From an uncultured bacterium (lineage in GTDB: Bacteria; Margulisbacteria; WOR-1; CAVSGV01), in assembly GCA_963699255.1 (NCBI GenBank), contig OY969425.1, positions 1,380,001 to 1,412,000 on the forward strand: a stretch of DNA of 32,000 nucleotides, written 5' to 3'. Positions 1 to 7,765 of this stretch are shown one piece after another. The notes below the pieces were generated by a model. That model did no database searches and was not told the DNA's origin. It saw only the letters and a program-made list of their open reading frames with translations. Each line of letters opens with the position of its first letter. Position 1 is the stretch's first letter. The translations under genes were made by a program, and so were the position numbers.

Positions 1-1
1 T

Positions 2-385
2 GGGCTTGTATATAATATGTCAGGCGAAAAAGGCAGGGCAATCGATGATTACGGGAATGCAATCAATTTGAAGCCTGATGACCCAGACAGCTACAATAAT
101 CGTGGAGTTGCATACGATGAACAAGGCAAATTTGACCTGGCGATCAAAGATTACAGCAGCGCCATTGAGTTATCGGGAACTGAACCAGACTTCTATGGTA
201 ATCGCGGTTTCGCATATTTTGAGTCAGGCATATATGACAAGGCAATTGACGATTACAGTATGGTCATTAAATTAAAACCTGAGGAACCAGACACCTACAA
301 ACATCGTGGAGATGCGTATTATGAGCTAGGCAAGTATAAATTGGCTGAAGAAGACTTTGAAATGGCCCGAAAATTATCGAAATAG
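2..385 (+). CDS. TPR repeat protein (5' end runs off the window)
   Basis: ORF 17..385. The frame stays open back to nt 2 (GLVYN before the first Met already fits the repeat). There are three to four 34-aa TPR units with the pattern AIxDYxxAIxLxPxxPxxYxNRGxAY. Confidence 0.85.
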   Translation, partial: GLVYNMSGEKGRAIDDYGNAINLKPDDPDSYNNRGVAYDEQGKFDLAIKDYSSAIELSGTEPDFYGNRGFAYFESGIYDKAIDDYSMVIKLKPEEPDTYKHRGDAYYELGKYKLAEEDFEMARKLSK

Positions 386-395
386 TCTCTTAAAC

Positions 396-1724
396 CTATT
401 TGACCAAGCTTGCCAATCTATCAATATCTGTTTTTTTGACCATCTCTGTTACGGCTATAAGCATGTGATTTTTTAGCTCAGGATAGAACCTGCCCAGATC
501 AAGCCCCCCGACAATATTATTCTCAAGCAGTTTCTTATTTATTTGATCCACAGGCCTTGCTGTTTTTATCACAAACTCCTTGAATGACGAGGCTTTGAAG
601 GCAACGAACTTCGAAAGTTGTTTTTTCGCGTAGTTCGTTTTCTGCAGGCACTGATCGGCAACTTCCCTTAGGCCGGATTTTCCCATTGTCGCCAGGTAAA
701 CCGTCGCCGCCAGCGCGCAAAGGGCTTCGTTAGAGCAGATATTCGAAAAAGCTTTTTCCCTCCTGATGTGCTGCTCTCTTGCCTGTATCGTCAGCACATA
801 ACCGCGCCGGCCTTTTGTGTCAACGGTCTCCCCGACGATCCTGCCGGGCATTAACCGGAGATATTCTTTCTTCACGGCGAAGATCCCTAGATACGGCCCG
901 CCAAAATTCTGGGGGAGGCCAAGCGACTGGCCTTCGCCCGTGACGACATCAGCGCCAATATCACCGGGGCGCTTGAGAATTCCGAGAGAGATGGGGTCGA
1001 CAGAAACTACCGATAACACCCCTTTGGATCTGGCGAGTTTCGAAAAAGCCTCAAGGTCTTCAGGGCATCCGAAGAAATTGGGATTAGCTAATATTATACA
1101 AGCGGTCCGGTCCGACAGCTTCTTGCCGGCCTCGGCAAAGTCAGATGTGCCAAGGGATTGCTGGTATCCGAACTCAATGGCTTCCCAGCCTGCCCCCGCT
1201 GCGTATGTATCCAGAACTTTCCTGTAATTCGGGTTCACGGCTTTTGAGACAAGGACTTCCTTTCTTCCCGTAAAGTGCACCGCCAGGGACGCGGCTTCGG
1301 CCAGAGACGTTGCCCCGTCATACATGGAAGCGTTCGCGGCATCCATTCCGGTCAAGGCGCAGATCAATGATTGATACTCGAAGATAGACTGCAGCATTCC
1401 CTGGCTTATTTCCGGCTGGTATGGCGTATATGAGGTGTAAAATTCGGACTTATTGATTATATGGCTGACAGTGCTGGGAATAAAATGATTGTAAGCTCCT
1501 CCCCCAAGGAAGGAAACAAGCTCTTTAGAGTTCTTATTCTGTTTGGCGAGATCTTCCAGCGATTCTTTAAGCTCGGTCTCGGACATTCCCTGTGGAGGGA
1601 CCGTCCCGACGCTATTTATCCTTACTTTGCCTGGAATGACCCTGAAGAGATCTTCGATGCTTTTGGCTCCGGAGGCGGATAGCATGCGCTCCTGATCGGC
1701 TTTGGTGTTTGGGGTATAACGCAT
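396..1724 (-). CDS. gcvPA: glycine dehydrogenase (aminomethyl-transferring) subunit 1
   Basis: 442-aa ORF with an MRYTPNT N-terminus. FLGGGAYNHFIP and YTPYQPEISQG blocks are typical of GcvPA. It lies directly downstream of gcvH. Confidence 0.9.
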   Translation of the reverse strand: MRYTPNTKADQERMLSASGAKSIEDLFRVIPGKVRINSVGTVPPQGMSETELKESLEDLAKQNKNSKELVSFLGGGAYNHFIPSTVSHIINKSEFYTSYTPYQPEISQGMLQSIFEYQSLICALTGMDAANASMYDGATSLAEAASLAVHFTGRKEVLVSKAVNPNYRKVLDTYAAGAGWEAIEFGYQQSLGTSDFAEAGKKLSDRTACIILANPNFFGCPEDLEAFSKLARSKGVLSVVSVDPISLGILKRPGDIGADVVTGEGQSLGLPQNFGGPYLGIFAVKKEYLRLMPGRIVGETVDTKGRRGYVLTIQAREQHIRREKAFSNICSNEALCALAATVYLATMGKSGLREVADQCLQKTNYAKKQLSKFVAFKASSFKEFVIKTARPVDQINKKLLENNIVGGLDLGRFYPELKNHMLIAVTEMVKKTDIDRLASLVK

Positions 1725-1730
1725 TCGGAA

Positions 1731-2108
1731 CTACTTTTTAAGCAAAGCTTCGTAATCAGATGCGGAAAGAAGCTTGTCCAGGTCGGAGGGATTCGCCATT
1801 TTTACTTTTATCATCCAACCTTCTCCATACGGGTCGCTGTTAACGGCTTCGGGCTTTGAAGAGAGGTTTGAATTAACCTCCGTCACCTCGCCGGATACGG
1901 GGCAGTAAAGCGTTGAGACGGTTTTTACCGATTCAACGACGCCGAACTCCTTCATCGAACTGTATTTTGTGCCGATCTTTGGAAGTTCCACGTAGACAAT
2001 GTCGCCGAGGCTGCTTTGAGCGTGGGAGGTAATGCCGATCGTCGCGATGCCGCCGTCAACTTTTACCCACTCGTGTTCCTTGCTGTATTTTAAATTAGCC
2101 GGGTACAA
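1731..2108 (-). CDS. gcvH: glycine cleavage system H protein
   Basis: 125-aa ORF with a TTG start at 2108. It has the HEWV motif and the lipoyl-lysine block VESVKTVS. Confidence 0.9.
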   Translation of the reverse strand: MYPANLKYSKEHEWVKVDGGIATIGITSHAQSSLGDIVYVELPKIGTKYSSMKEFGVVESVKTVSTLYCPVSGEVTEVNSNLSSKPEAVNSDPYGEGWMIKVKMANPSDLDKLLSASDYEALLKK

Positions 2109-2109
2109 C

Positions 2110-2448
2110 CTAGATCTCTTTTCCTTCCAGCTCTCTTACGCGGTATCCGGCATAAGTGAATATGACAGCGGCGACAAGTATCCTCGCGATGCTGTCGCCT
2201 ATCCTGTCAACAGCCATCCTGCCCTGATAGTATTCATCAAAGGACGGTCCGGATGCCTGTCCTTCACCGGCGCCAGTCCCCCCTTGCTGTCCCATCGGAG
2301 CTTCGATCCCCAATGATGGCGGCTTAAAAATAGTTAAACTTAGCGCCGAACTTACAATGTCGACCATTCCCCACATCAGGACAAAAAGCGTAACTAGGCA
2401 AACAACATAATAATAGACCTTTTTGATCGTTAATCTTTCAAAAGCCAT
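2110..2448 (-). CDS. hypothetical small membrane protein (2 predicted TM helices, Gly/Gln-rich loop)
   Basis: 112-aa ORF. A GGGAGGT RBS lies 7 nt before the ATG. Hydrophobic segments are VYYYVVCLVTLFVLMWGMV and ILVAAVIFTYAGY. Its stop is 1 nt from the gcvH start. I recognise no family. Confidence 0.6.
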   Translation of the reverse strand: MAFERLTIKKVYYYVVCLVTLFVLMWGMVDIVSSALSLTIFKPPSLGIEAPMGQQGGTGAGEGQASGPSFDEYYQGRMAVDRIGDSIARILVAAVIFTYAGYRVRELEGKEI

Positions 2449-2479
2449 ATAAATACCTCCCGTTCAGAATTTATAAGCA

Positions 2480-2508
2480 ATTTTACACTCCGGTTTTTAT
2501 CAAGTCAA
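2480..2508 (-). promoter_or_regulatory. sigma70-like promoter for the membrane-protein/gcvH/gcvPA unit
   Basis: The coding strand reads TTGACT-N17-TAAAAT, 31 nt upstream of the ATG at 2448. Confidence 0.4.
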
Positions 2509-2523
2509 ACGTTTATAATGCAT

Positions 2524-2550
2524 GAGACGCGAGATGAGAGACGCGAGATG
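2524..2550. repeat. tandem direct repeat, 2 x 13 nt (GAGACGCGAGATG, 14-nt period)
   Basis: Exact duplicate read directly from the sequence. It is a GC-rich island in an AT-rich intergenic region, about 15 nt upstream of the -35 box above. Confidence 0.8.
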
Positions 2551-2616
2551 CGATCAGAAATAAACTAAAAAATGCTCGTGCCGACATAGAACGGAACTCG
2601 ATAATAAATTCCCGGT

Positions 2617-3690
2617 TCAGCTGCGTTTATAGAAAGGAAGCTTAACGATCTCTGCTTGGACGTGCTTCCCCCTTATTTCCACATCGATGGCCGAGCCGAT
2701 CCCGGAATGCTCAGCCCTTATGTAACCCATGCCGATCGAGATGTTCAGGGTAGGGGACATTGTACCGCTGGTGACATATCCTATGACTTTACCGGCCTTG
2801 AATACTTTGTAGCCCTGCCTTGGAATGCCCTTCTCTTTTAACCTTATTCCTACGAGTTTCTTGGAAACGCCCACTTCCTTATGCATGACAAGGCTGTCCC
2901 TGCCGATAAAAGCTCCCTTATCAAGTTTCACTGCAAATGTGAACGGGGTTTCAAGCGGAGTTATTCCTTCGTTATATTCGTGCCCATAGAGGGGCATGCC
3001 AGCCTCAAGCCTTAGCGTATCCCTTGCTCCTAACCCGCAAGGCGTGGCGCCAAGCTCGATTAGTTCATTCCAAATCTTCTCGACTTTCGATATGTCGACG
3101 AACAATTCAAACCCATCCTCGCCAGTATATCCGGTCCTTGCAATCATCGATTCTGCCCCATCAATATCTGCAGAGGCTAATATTTGGTGATGCCCTAATT
3201 TATTAAGATCCGAACCGCAGATCTTTTGCAGTATCTCTTGTGATTTTGGGCCTTGCAGCGCAAGAAGAGAAAACTTGTCTTTAATATCGAGAATCTCAGC
3301 CTTTTCGAGATTGTTTTTTTTCAGCCACCCTATGTCTTTATCTGTGTTCGAGGCGTTGAGTACAAGCAAAACTTTGCCCCCCGGGATTCGGTAAACGAAA
3401 ATATCGTCTATTATCCCACCAGAATTATTTAATATAAGTGAATAGTGAGCAGAAAAAACCTTAAGTTTTGATAAATCGTTTGTGAGGGTTTTTTGAAGAA
3501 ACCCCTCCATATTTTCACCGGATACACTGACAATGCCCATATGCCCGATGTCAAAAATCCCCGCTGCGTTCCTCACCGCTTTGTGTTCGGCTATTATGCT
3601 TGAATAATATACGGGCATTTCCCATCCGGCGAAAGGCACCATTTTTGCCCCGAGTTTCACGTGGGCGTCATAAAGAGGAGTGCGCTTCAT
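2617..3690 (-). CDS. gcvT: aminomethyltransferase (glycine cleavage T protein)
   Basis: 357-aa ORF. The MKRTPLYDAHVKLGAKMVPFAGWEMPVYY N-terminus and the ARDTLRLEAGMPLYGHE block are characteristic of GcvT. Confidence 0.92.
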   Translation of the reverse strand: MKRTPLYDAHVKLGAKMVPFAGWEMPVYYSSIIAEHKAVRNAAGIFDIGHMGIVSVSGENMEGFLQKTLTNDLSKLKVFSAHYSLILNNSGGIIDDIFVYRIPGGKVLLVLNASNTDKDIGWLKKNNLEKAEILDIKDKFSLLALQGPKSQEILQKICGSDLNKLGHHQILASADIDGAESMIARTGYTGEDGFELFVDISKVEKIWNELIELGATPCGLGARDTLRLEAGMPLYGHEYNEGITPLETPFTFAVKLDKGAFIGRDSLVMHKEVGVSKKLVGIRLKEKGIPRQGYKVFKAGKVIGYVTSGTMSPTLNISIGMGYIRAEHSGIGSAIDVEIRGKHVQAEIVKLPFYKRS

Positions 3691-4781
3691 GGGTTCACGA
3701 ACTCAGACAGCGCATTGATGAATTTCTTGTTCTGCTCCGGCGTTCCGATCGTAACCCTTATGGATCCAGGCATTCCAAAGGAGGTAAGGGGACGCACTAT
3801 GACGCCTCGCCTCATAAGTTCTATGAAGGCCGCGTCGGCATCATCATTCAGGTTGATGAATATGAAATTCGCCTCGGTTTTCACGAAAGGCACCCCGAGC
3901 TTGTCCAGCTCCTTGTAAAGGTATGCCTTTCCCTCGGAATTGTTACTGATGCTTTTCTTGATGTGGTCGGAATCGGACAGGCCGGCTGACGCGGCGATCT
4001 GCGCAAGCCTGTTAACCGAAAAAGGCAGCCTAACCAGGTTCATGTACCTTATTATTTCGGGCCGCGCTATGGCATATCCGACCCTTAGTCCCGCAAGGCC
4101 GTATATCTTTGAAAAGGTCCTTACCACCACGACGTTCTTGTTATCCCTGACATACGCGAGGGAGTCCGGATAATCCTGTGATCCAACATATTCTCCGTAG
4201 GCTTCATCGATCACAACGATCGTATTTTGAGGGACCTTTGACATGAAAGAATCCATCTCTTTCCCTGTATTCATCGTCCCGGTCGGGTTGTTCGGATTGC
4301 AGACAAAGACCAATTTGGTCTTTGGGCCGACCGCCTCGGCCATGGCGGGAAGGTCATAAGTATAATTCTTCAGGTTTATCCTCACCATGGAGGCCTCCAT
4401 AAGGCGGGATACCATCTCATATGTTGAAAAAGTATTATGGGATATTATCACCTCATCCCCCGCGGAGATGTAGGCGAGGGCGATCAGAAGCATCAGCTCA
4501 TCGGAGCCGTTCCCTATGGCGATGTTCGCGGGGGTCATGTCCAGTTTTTCCGCCAGGAGCCGGTTAAGCTCATAACAGTTCTGGTCAGGGTATAAGTTGA
4601 TGTCTTTCGCGTATTTATTTACCGCTTCCAAGGCTTTAGGGGACGGACCAAGCGGGTTCTCGTTTGAGGCAAGCTTGATCACGCCGGAGATCCTCAGCTC
4701 CCTTTCGGCTTCTTCGACCGGCTTGCCGGGGACGTACGGCTTTATATTCCCTATATTTGGTCTGATGGGTTCTTTTGGCAT
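3687..4781 (-). CDS. hisC: histidinol-phosphate aminotransferase
   Basis: 364-aa ORF with the ASNENPLGPSP motif and the PLP-lysine block FSKIYGLAGLRVGY. Its stop overlaps the gcvT start (ATGA). Confidence 0.85.
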   Translation of the reverse strand: MPKEPIRPNIGNIKPYVPGKPVEEAERELRISGVIKLASNENPLGPSPKALEAVNKYAKDINLYPDQNCYELNRLLAEKLDMTPANIAIGNGSDELMLLIALAYISAGDEVIISHNTFSTYEMVSRLMEASMVRINLKNYTYDLPAMAEAVGPKTKLVFVCNPNNPTGTMNTGKEMDSFMSKVPQNTIVVIDEAYGEYVGSQDYPDSLAYVRDNKNVVVVRTFSKIYGLAGLRVGYAIARPEIIRYMNLVRLPFSVNRLAQIAASAGLSDSDHIKKSISNNSEGKAYLYKELDKLGVPFVKTEANFIFINLNDDADAAFIELMRRGVIVRPLTSFGMPGSIRVTIGTPEQNKKFINALSEFVNP

Positions 4782-4788
4782 GCTTTAG

Positions 4789-4816
4789 ATTATATCACAA
4801 TTATAAACCGTGTCAT
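4789..4816 (-). promoter_or_regulatory. sigma70-like promoter, leaderless-type spacing to the hisC ATG
   Basis: The coding strand reads ATGACA-N16-TATAAT. Only 7 nt (CTAAAGC) separate the -10 box from the hisC ATG, and there is no SD. Confidence 0.4.
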
Positions 4817-4835
4817 TCTTGTGGAGAAGCTCAGC

Positions 4836-5282
4836 TTAATAATCCGGCTCTGGCCGAACTATTTTTACGTTTTCCCTGTCGCCGGTGAGTTTGTAGCGGC
4901 TCCTTATGCCCTTTTCTTCTGAATAGCCGCCTGACTCCTGTATCACCTTTACAAAGGTAGAAAAGGAGTTGCCGGAGAGCAAAGCCTTTTTTATCTTTGC
5001 AATTGCCTCGTCCGACATGACGTTGTAAGGCATAAGCTTTTCCCCTTCAAAATATATTAGCGGCCTTGAAAATGATATTTTTTTGGCGGAAGGAATTCCG
5101 TACAGCCTGAACGTCAGTTTTCTATCGGTTGAAGCCGTCTCGATCATTATCGGGTGGCTGGTGTTATTCCTTATTTTCAGGTCCCTTGTTCCGCTGTATA
5201 TGGATGCGTCGCGGCCGAGCGGATAAATGGTAAAGTATATGTCATGGTTATGGCGCTCAACTATGTCCAGCCCCGCCAGCAT
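4836..5282 (-). CDS. VanW domain protein, C-terminal fragment (frame-shifted gene, part 2 of 2)
   Basis: ORF begins MLAGLDIVERHNH. The same frame stays open upstream and encodes FKEAFVIYNGALEPQYGGGSCQIATTLYNAA, the conserved VanW core. Confidence 0.8.
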   Translation of the reverse strand: MLAGLDIVERHNHDIYFTIYPLGRDASIYSGTRDLKIRNNTSHPIMIETASTDRKLTFRLYGIPSAKKISFSRPLIYFEGEKLMPYNVMSDEAIAKIKKALLSGNSFSTFVKVIQESGGYSEEKGIRSRYKLTGDRENVKIVRPEPDY

Positions 5283-5370
5283 GGCGGCATTGTATAAAGT
5301 AGTTGCGATCTGGCATGAACCGCCGCCGTACTGAGGTTCAAGCGCTCCGTTATATATTACAAAAGCTTCC

Positions 5371-6180
5371 TTAAACCCTCTTTTTAGACTGAAATTCCCC
5401 CAGGTTTTCCAGGAGGGAAAATGTTTCTCCAGAGATCATAATATAGCGGTTCAATCTTCCTGACGCGACCTTAATGTTGTGCACCCTGTTGGGCGAATCG
5501 TGAGAGCCGTAGTAAGTTGTATATTCGGAGAGAAGGTGTTTCGGTGGAAATTTCACTAAGGGTTTCGCATATACCCTTGGATAAAGGAGTGTCACCTCTA
5601 TCGTTGCCCGTCTCTCATTTTTATTGAGAGCGTCCTCCAAGTTGGCAATGGACCTTTTAACATTGACCTCCCTGCCGATCTTTTCCTTTGTGATCTTGTA
5701 CCTTCCTTCGTCGAGCAGCTTGAAAGTCGCTTCCTTTGATGAGGCATCAAAGCTGTTCGCGAGCGCTTCAAGGACGGCCCTGAAAGCTCTATTTTCCAGG
5801 GATAGCGCCAGGGGAATGACCTGTTTTTTATAGTTTCCAAGGACCCTTTTTGTAAGGTCGTCAATATAATTGTTTCGGTAAACGGTTGCGCCTGAATTGT
5901 TTATTGTCTTGCGGGGGGATATGTATATCCCGAGCTCCGATGGCTTGTATGCGATGATTTGACCTTCCAGGTCCAGCAGTATCTGGCCGTCAATGACCTT
6001 GTCAACTTCTGCGGTCTTCAGGTTATTGAAAGCTTCGAGCTTTGAAAAGCCGGATACATCCAGCTTCTCTATGTAGCAGTTAGGGGGAAATCTCCCGCTC
6101 CAGAACAGAAAATCCCAGATAACCAGGCAGATCAGGATGCAGAGAAGCGCTAAGGACAGGTATTTGGTTATTCCATGCAA
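5371..6180 (-). CDS. VanW domain protein, N-terminal fragment (frame-shifted gene, part 1 of 2)
   Basis: TTG start, then an N-terminal TM anchor (YLSLALLCILICLVIWDFLFW). It ends ...SGETFSLLENLGEFQSKKRV*, just where VanW homologues continue into the core found in the next frame. Confidence 0.75.
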   Translation of the reverse strand: MHGITKYLSLALLCILICLVIWDFLFWSGRFPPNCYIEKLDVSGFSKLEAFNNLKTAEVDKVIDGQILLDLEGQIIAYKPSELGIYISPRKTINNSGATVYRNNYIDDLTKRVLGNYKKQVIPLALSLENRAFRAVLEALANSFDASSKEATFKLLDEGRYKITKEKIGREVNVKRSIANLEDALNKNERRATIEVTLLYPRVYAKPLVKFPPKHLLSEYTTYYGSHDSPNRVHNIKVASGRLNRYIMISGETFSLLENLGEFQSKKRV

Positions 6181-6189
6181 GCGCTTAAA

Positions 6190-7389
6190 TTACTCTAGGA
6201 CTTTTACTACAGCTCCAGCGCCTACCGTGTGTCCGCCTTCCCTTATGGCGAGCCTCATCCCTTCCTCAATTGCCACGTCATCCACAAGGGTCACTTCCAT
6301 CTTTATGTTGTCTCCAGGCATGACCATCTCGACGCCCTGAGGGAGTTTTATCTCTCCCGTGACATCCGTGGTCCTTACGAAGAATTGCGGTTTGTAACCG
6401 CTGAAGAACGGCGTATGGCGGCCGCCTTCTTCCTTTGTCAACACATAAACCTGAGCCTCGAACTTCTTGTGGGGCTTTATCGTGCCAGCTTTTGCGAGGA
6501 CCATGCCGCGCTTCAACTCTTCTTTTTCAATGCCTCGGAGCAGAACTCCTACGTTGTCTCCGGCAATACCCTCGTCCATGGTCTTCCTGAACATTTCAAC
6601 GCCGGTGACAACGGCTTTCTTGTGCGCCCCAAGCCCTATGACCTCAACTTCCTCTCCAACCTTTACCTTGCCTCTCTCTATCCTTCCGGTTCCCACTGTT
6701 CCTCTTCCTGTTATCGAGAACACATCTTCGACCGGCATCAGGAACGGCTTATCTACATCCCTCTTTGGATCCGGGATATACGTATCAAGGGCGTTGGTGA
6801 GCTCAAATATAGACTTGCACCATTCGCAGGTGTCTTTTCCACATCCGCATTCCATGGCTTTAAGGGCCGATCCCCTGATGATAGGCGTCTTGTCGCCCGG
6901 ATACTCGTATTTACTCAGGAGATCCCTGGTTTCAACTTCTACCAGGTCGATAAGCTCTTTATCATCGACCATATCTATCTTATTAAGGTATACGACGATG
7001 TATGGAACATTAACCTGACGCGCTAAAAGTATGTGCTCCCTTGTCTGAGGCATAGGGCCGTCCGCCGCGGACACCACGAGGATGGCTCCATCCATCTGCG
7101 CGGCGCCGATGACCATGTTCTTTACGTAGTCCGCGTGGCCGGGGCAGTCAATGTGTGCGTAGTGGCGCTTTGCCGTCTCGTATTCGACGTGGGCTATAGC
7201 GATCGTGATACCCCTTGCTTTTTCCTCCGGGGCCGCGTCGATCTCGTCAAAAGCCTTTGCTTTTGCCATCCCTTTGGCGGCCAGACACTTTGTGATGGCC
7301 GACGTTAGCGTGGTTTTTCCATGGTCAACATGCCCGATCGTTCCCACGTTCACATGAACCTTTGATCTTACAAACTTTTCTCTTGCCAT
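6190..7389 (-). CDS. tuf: elongation factor Tu
   Basis: 399-aa ORF with [15 protein letters not shown] and NKID GTPase motifs. An AGGAGGT RBS lies 6 nt before the ATG. Confidence 0.97.
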   Translation of the reverse strand: MAREKFVRSKVHVNVGTIGHVDHGKTTLTSAITKCLAAKGMAKAKAFDEIDAAPEEKARGITIAIAHVEYETAKRHYAHIDCPGHADYVKNMVIGAAQMDGAILVVSAADGPMPQTREHILLARQVNVPYIVVYLNKIDMVDDKELIDLVEVETRDLLSKYEYPGDKTPIIRGSALKAMECGCGKDTCEWCKSIFELTNALDTYIPDPKRDVDKPFLMPVEDVFSITGRGTVGTGRIERGKVKVGEEVEVIGLGAHKKAVVTGVEMFRKTMDEGIAGDNVGVLLRGIEKEELKRGMVLAKAGTIKPHKKFEAQVYVLTKEEGGRHTPFFSGYKPQFFVRTTDVTGEIKLPQGVEMVMPGDNIKMEVTLVDDVAIEEGMRLAIREGGHTVGAGAVVKVLE

Positions 7390-7425
7390 AATAATACCTC
7401 CTAAGCATCAATTTGAGATTTGCCT

Positions 7426-7453
7426 ATTATACAGACGGGCTATATCTTGTCAA
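7426..7453 (-). promoter_or_regulatory. consensus sigma70 promoter for tuf
   Basis: The coding strand reads TTGACA-N16-TATAAT (TG immediately 5' of the -10), 36 nt upstream of the tuf ATG. Confidence 0.55.
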
Positions 7454-7497
7454 CTGAAAATTTTTGGTTTGTTTTATGGCAAAATTAGGTGTGTAGT

Positions 7498-7683
7498 TAA
7501 ATAATAGGGCTTAATAAGGCTTAAAAAGAGCAAGAAGTGTTATAGGAAAAGATATGTGCAATATGCGTAAAAAGTGAAAAGCATAATTTGTTCGTCTTAC
7601 ATAACTTATTCCACTTATAACTTCCACTTATTACGCCTGTTTCACTTTTTAAGCCCCATCGAGCCTTATTAAGCCTTATTTAA
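7498..7683. repeat. long imperfect inverted repeat with internal 10-nt tandem units
   Basis: Left arm TAAATAATAGGGCTTAATAAGGCTTAAAAAG (7498-7528). Right arm CTTTTTAAGCCCCATCGAGCCTTATTAAGCCTTATTTA (7646-7683) is its near reverse complement. An inner pair is GCGTAAAAAGTGAAAAGC / GCCTGTTTCACTTTTT. The tandem AAGCCTTATT occurs twice. Confidence 0.6.
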
Positions 7684-7688
7684 ACAAA

Positions 7689-7761
<73 letters not shown>

Positions 7762-7765
7762 ACGG

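Noticed and set aside
2524-2550. CRISPR-like repeat.
   Set aside because: There are only two 13-nt copies separated by 1 nt, so there are no spacers, and no cas genes are in the window.
2449-2616. Possible glycine riboswitch in the spacer inside the gcv cluster.
   Set aside because: I read the minus strand for the conserved GGAGAG...CACCGAAGGGGCAA-type cores and found nothing similar. The spacer instead holds a weak hairpin, a tandem 13-mer and a promoter.
6229-7308. Long plus-strand ORFs (265, 183 and 91 aa) antisense to tuf.
   Set aside because: They lie entirely inside the highly conserved EF-Tu gene. Their products are low-complexity (Ser/Pro/Leu/Arg-rich) and have no start signals. They are typical shadow ORFs.
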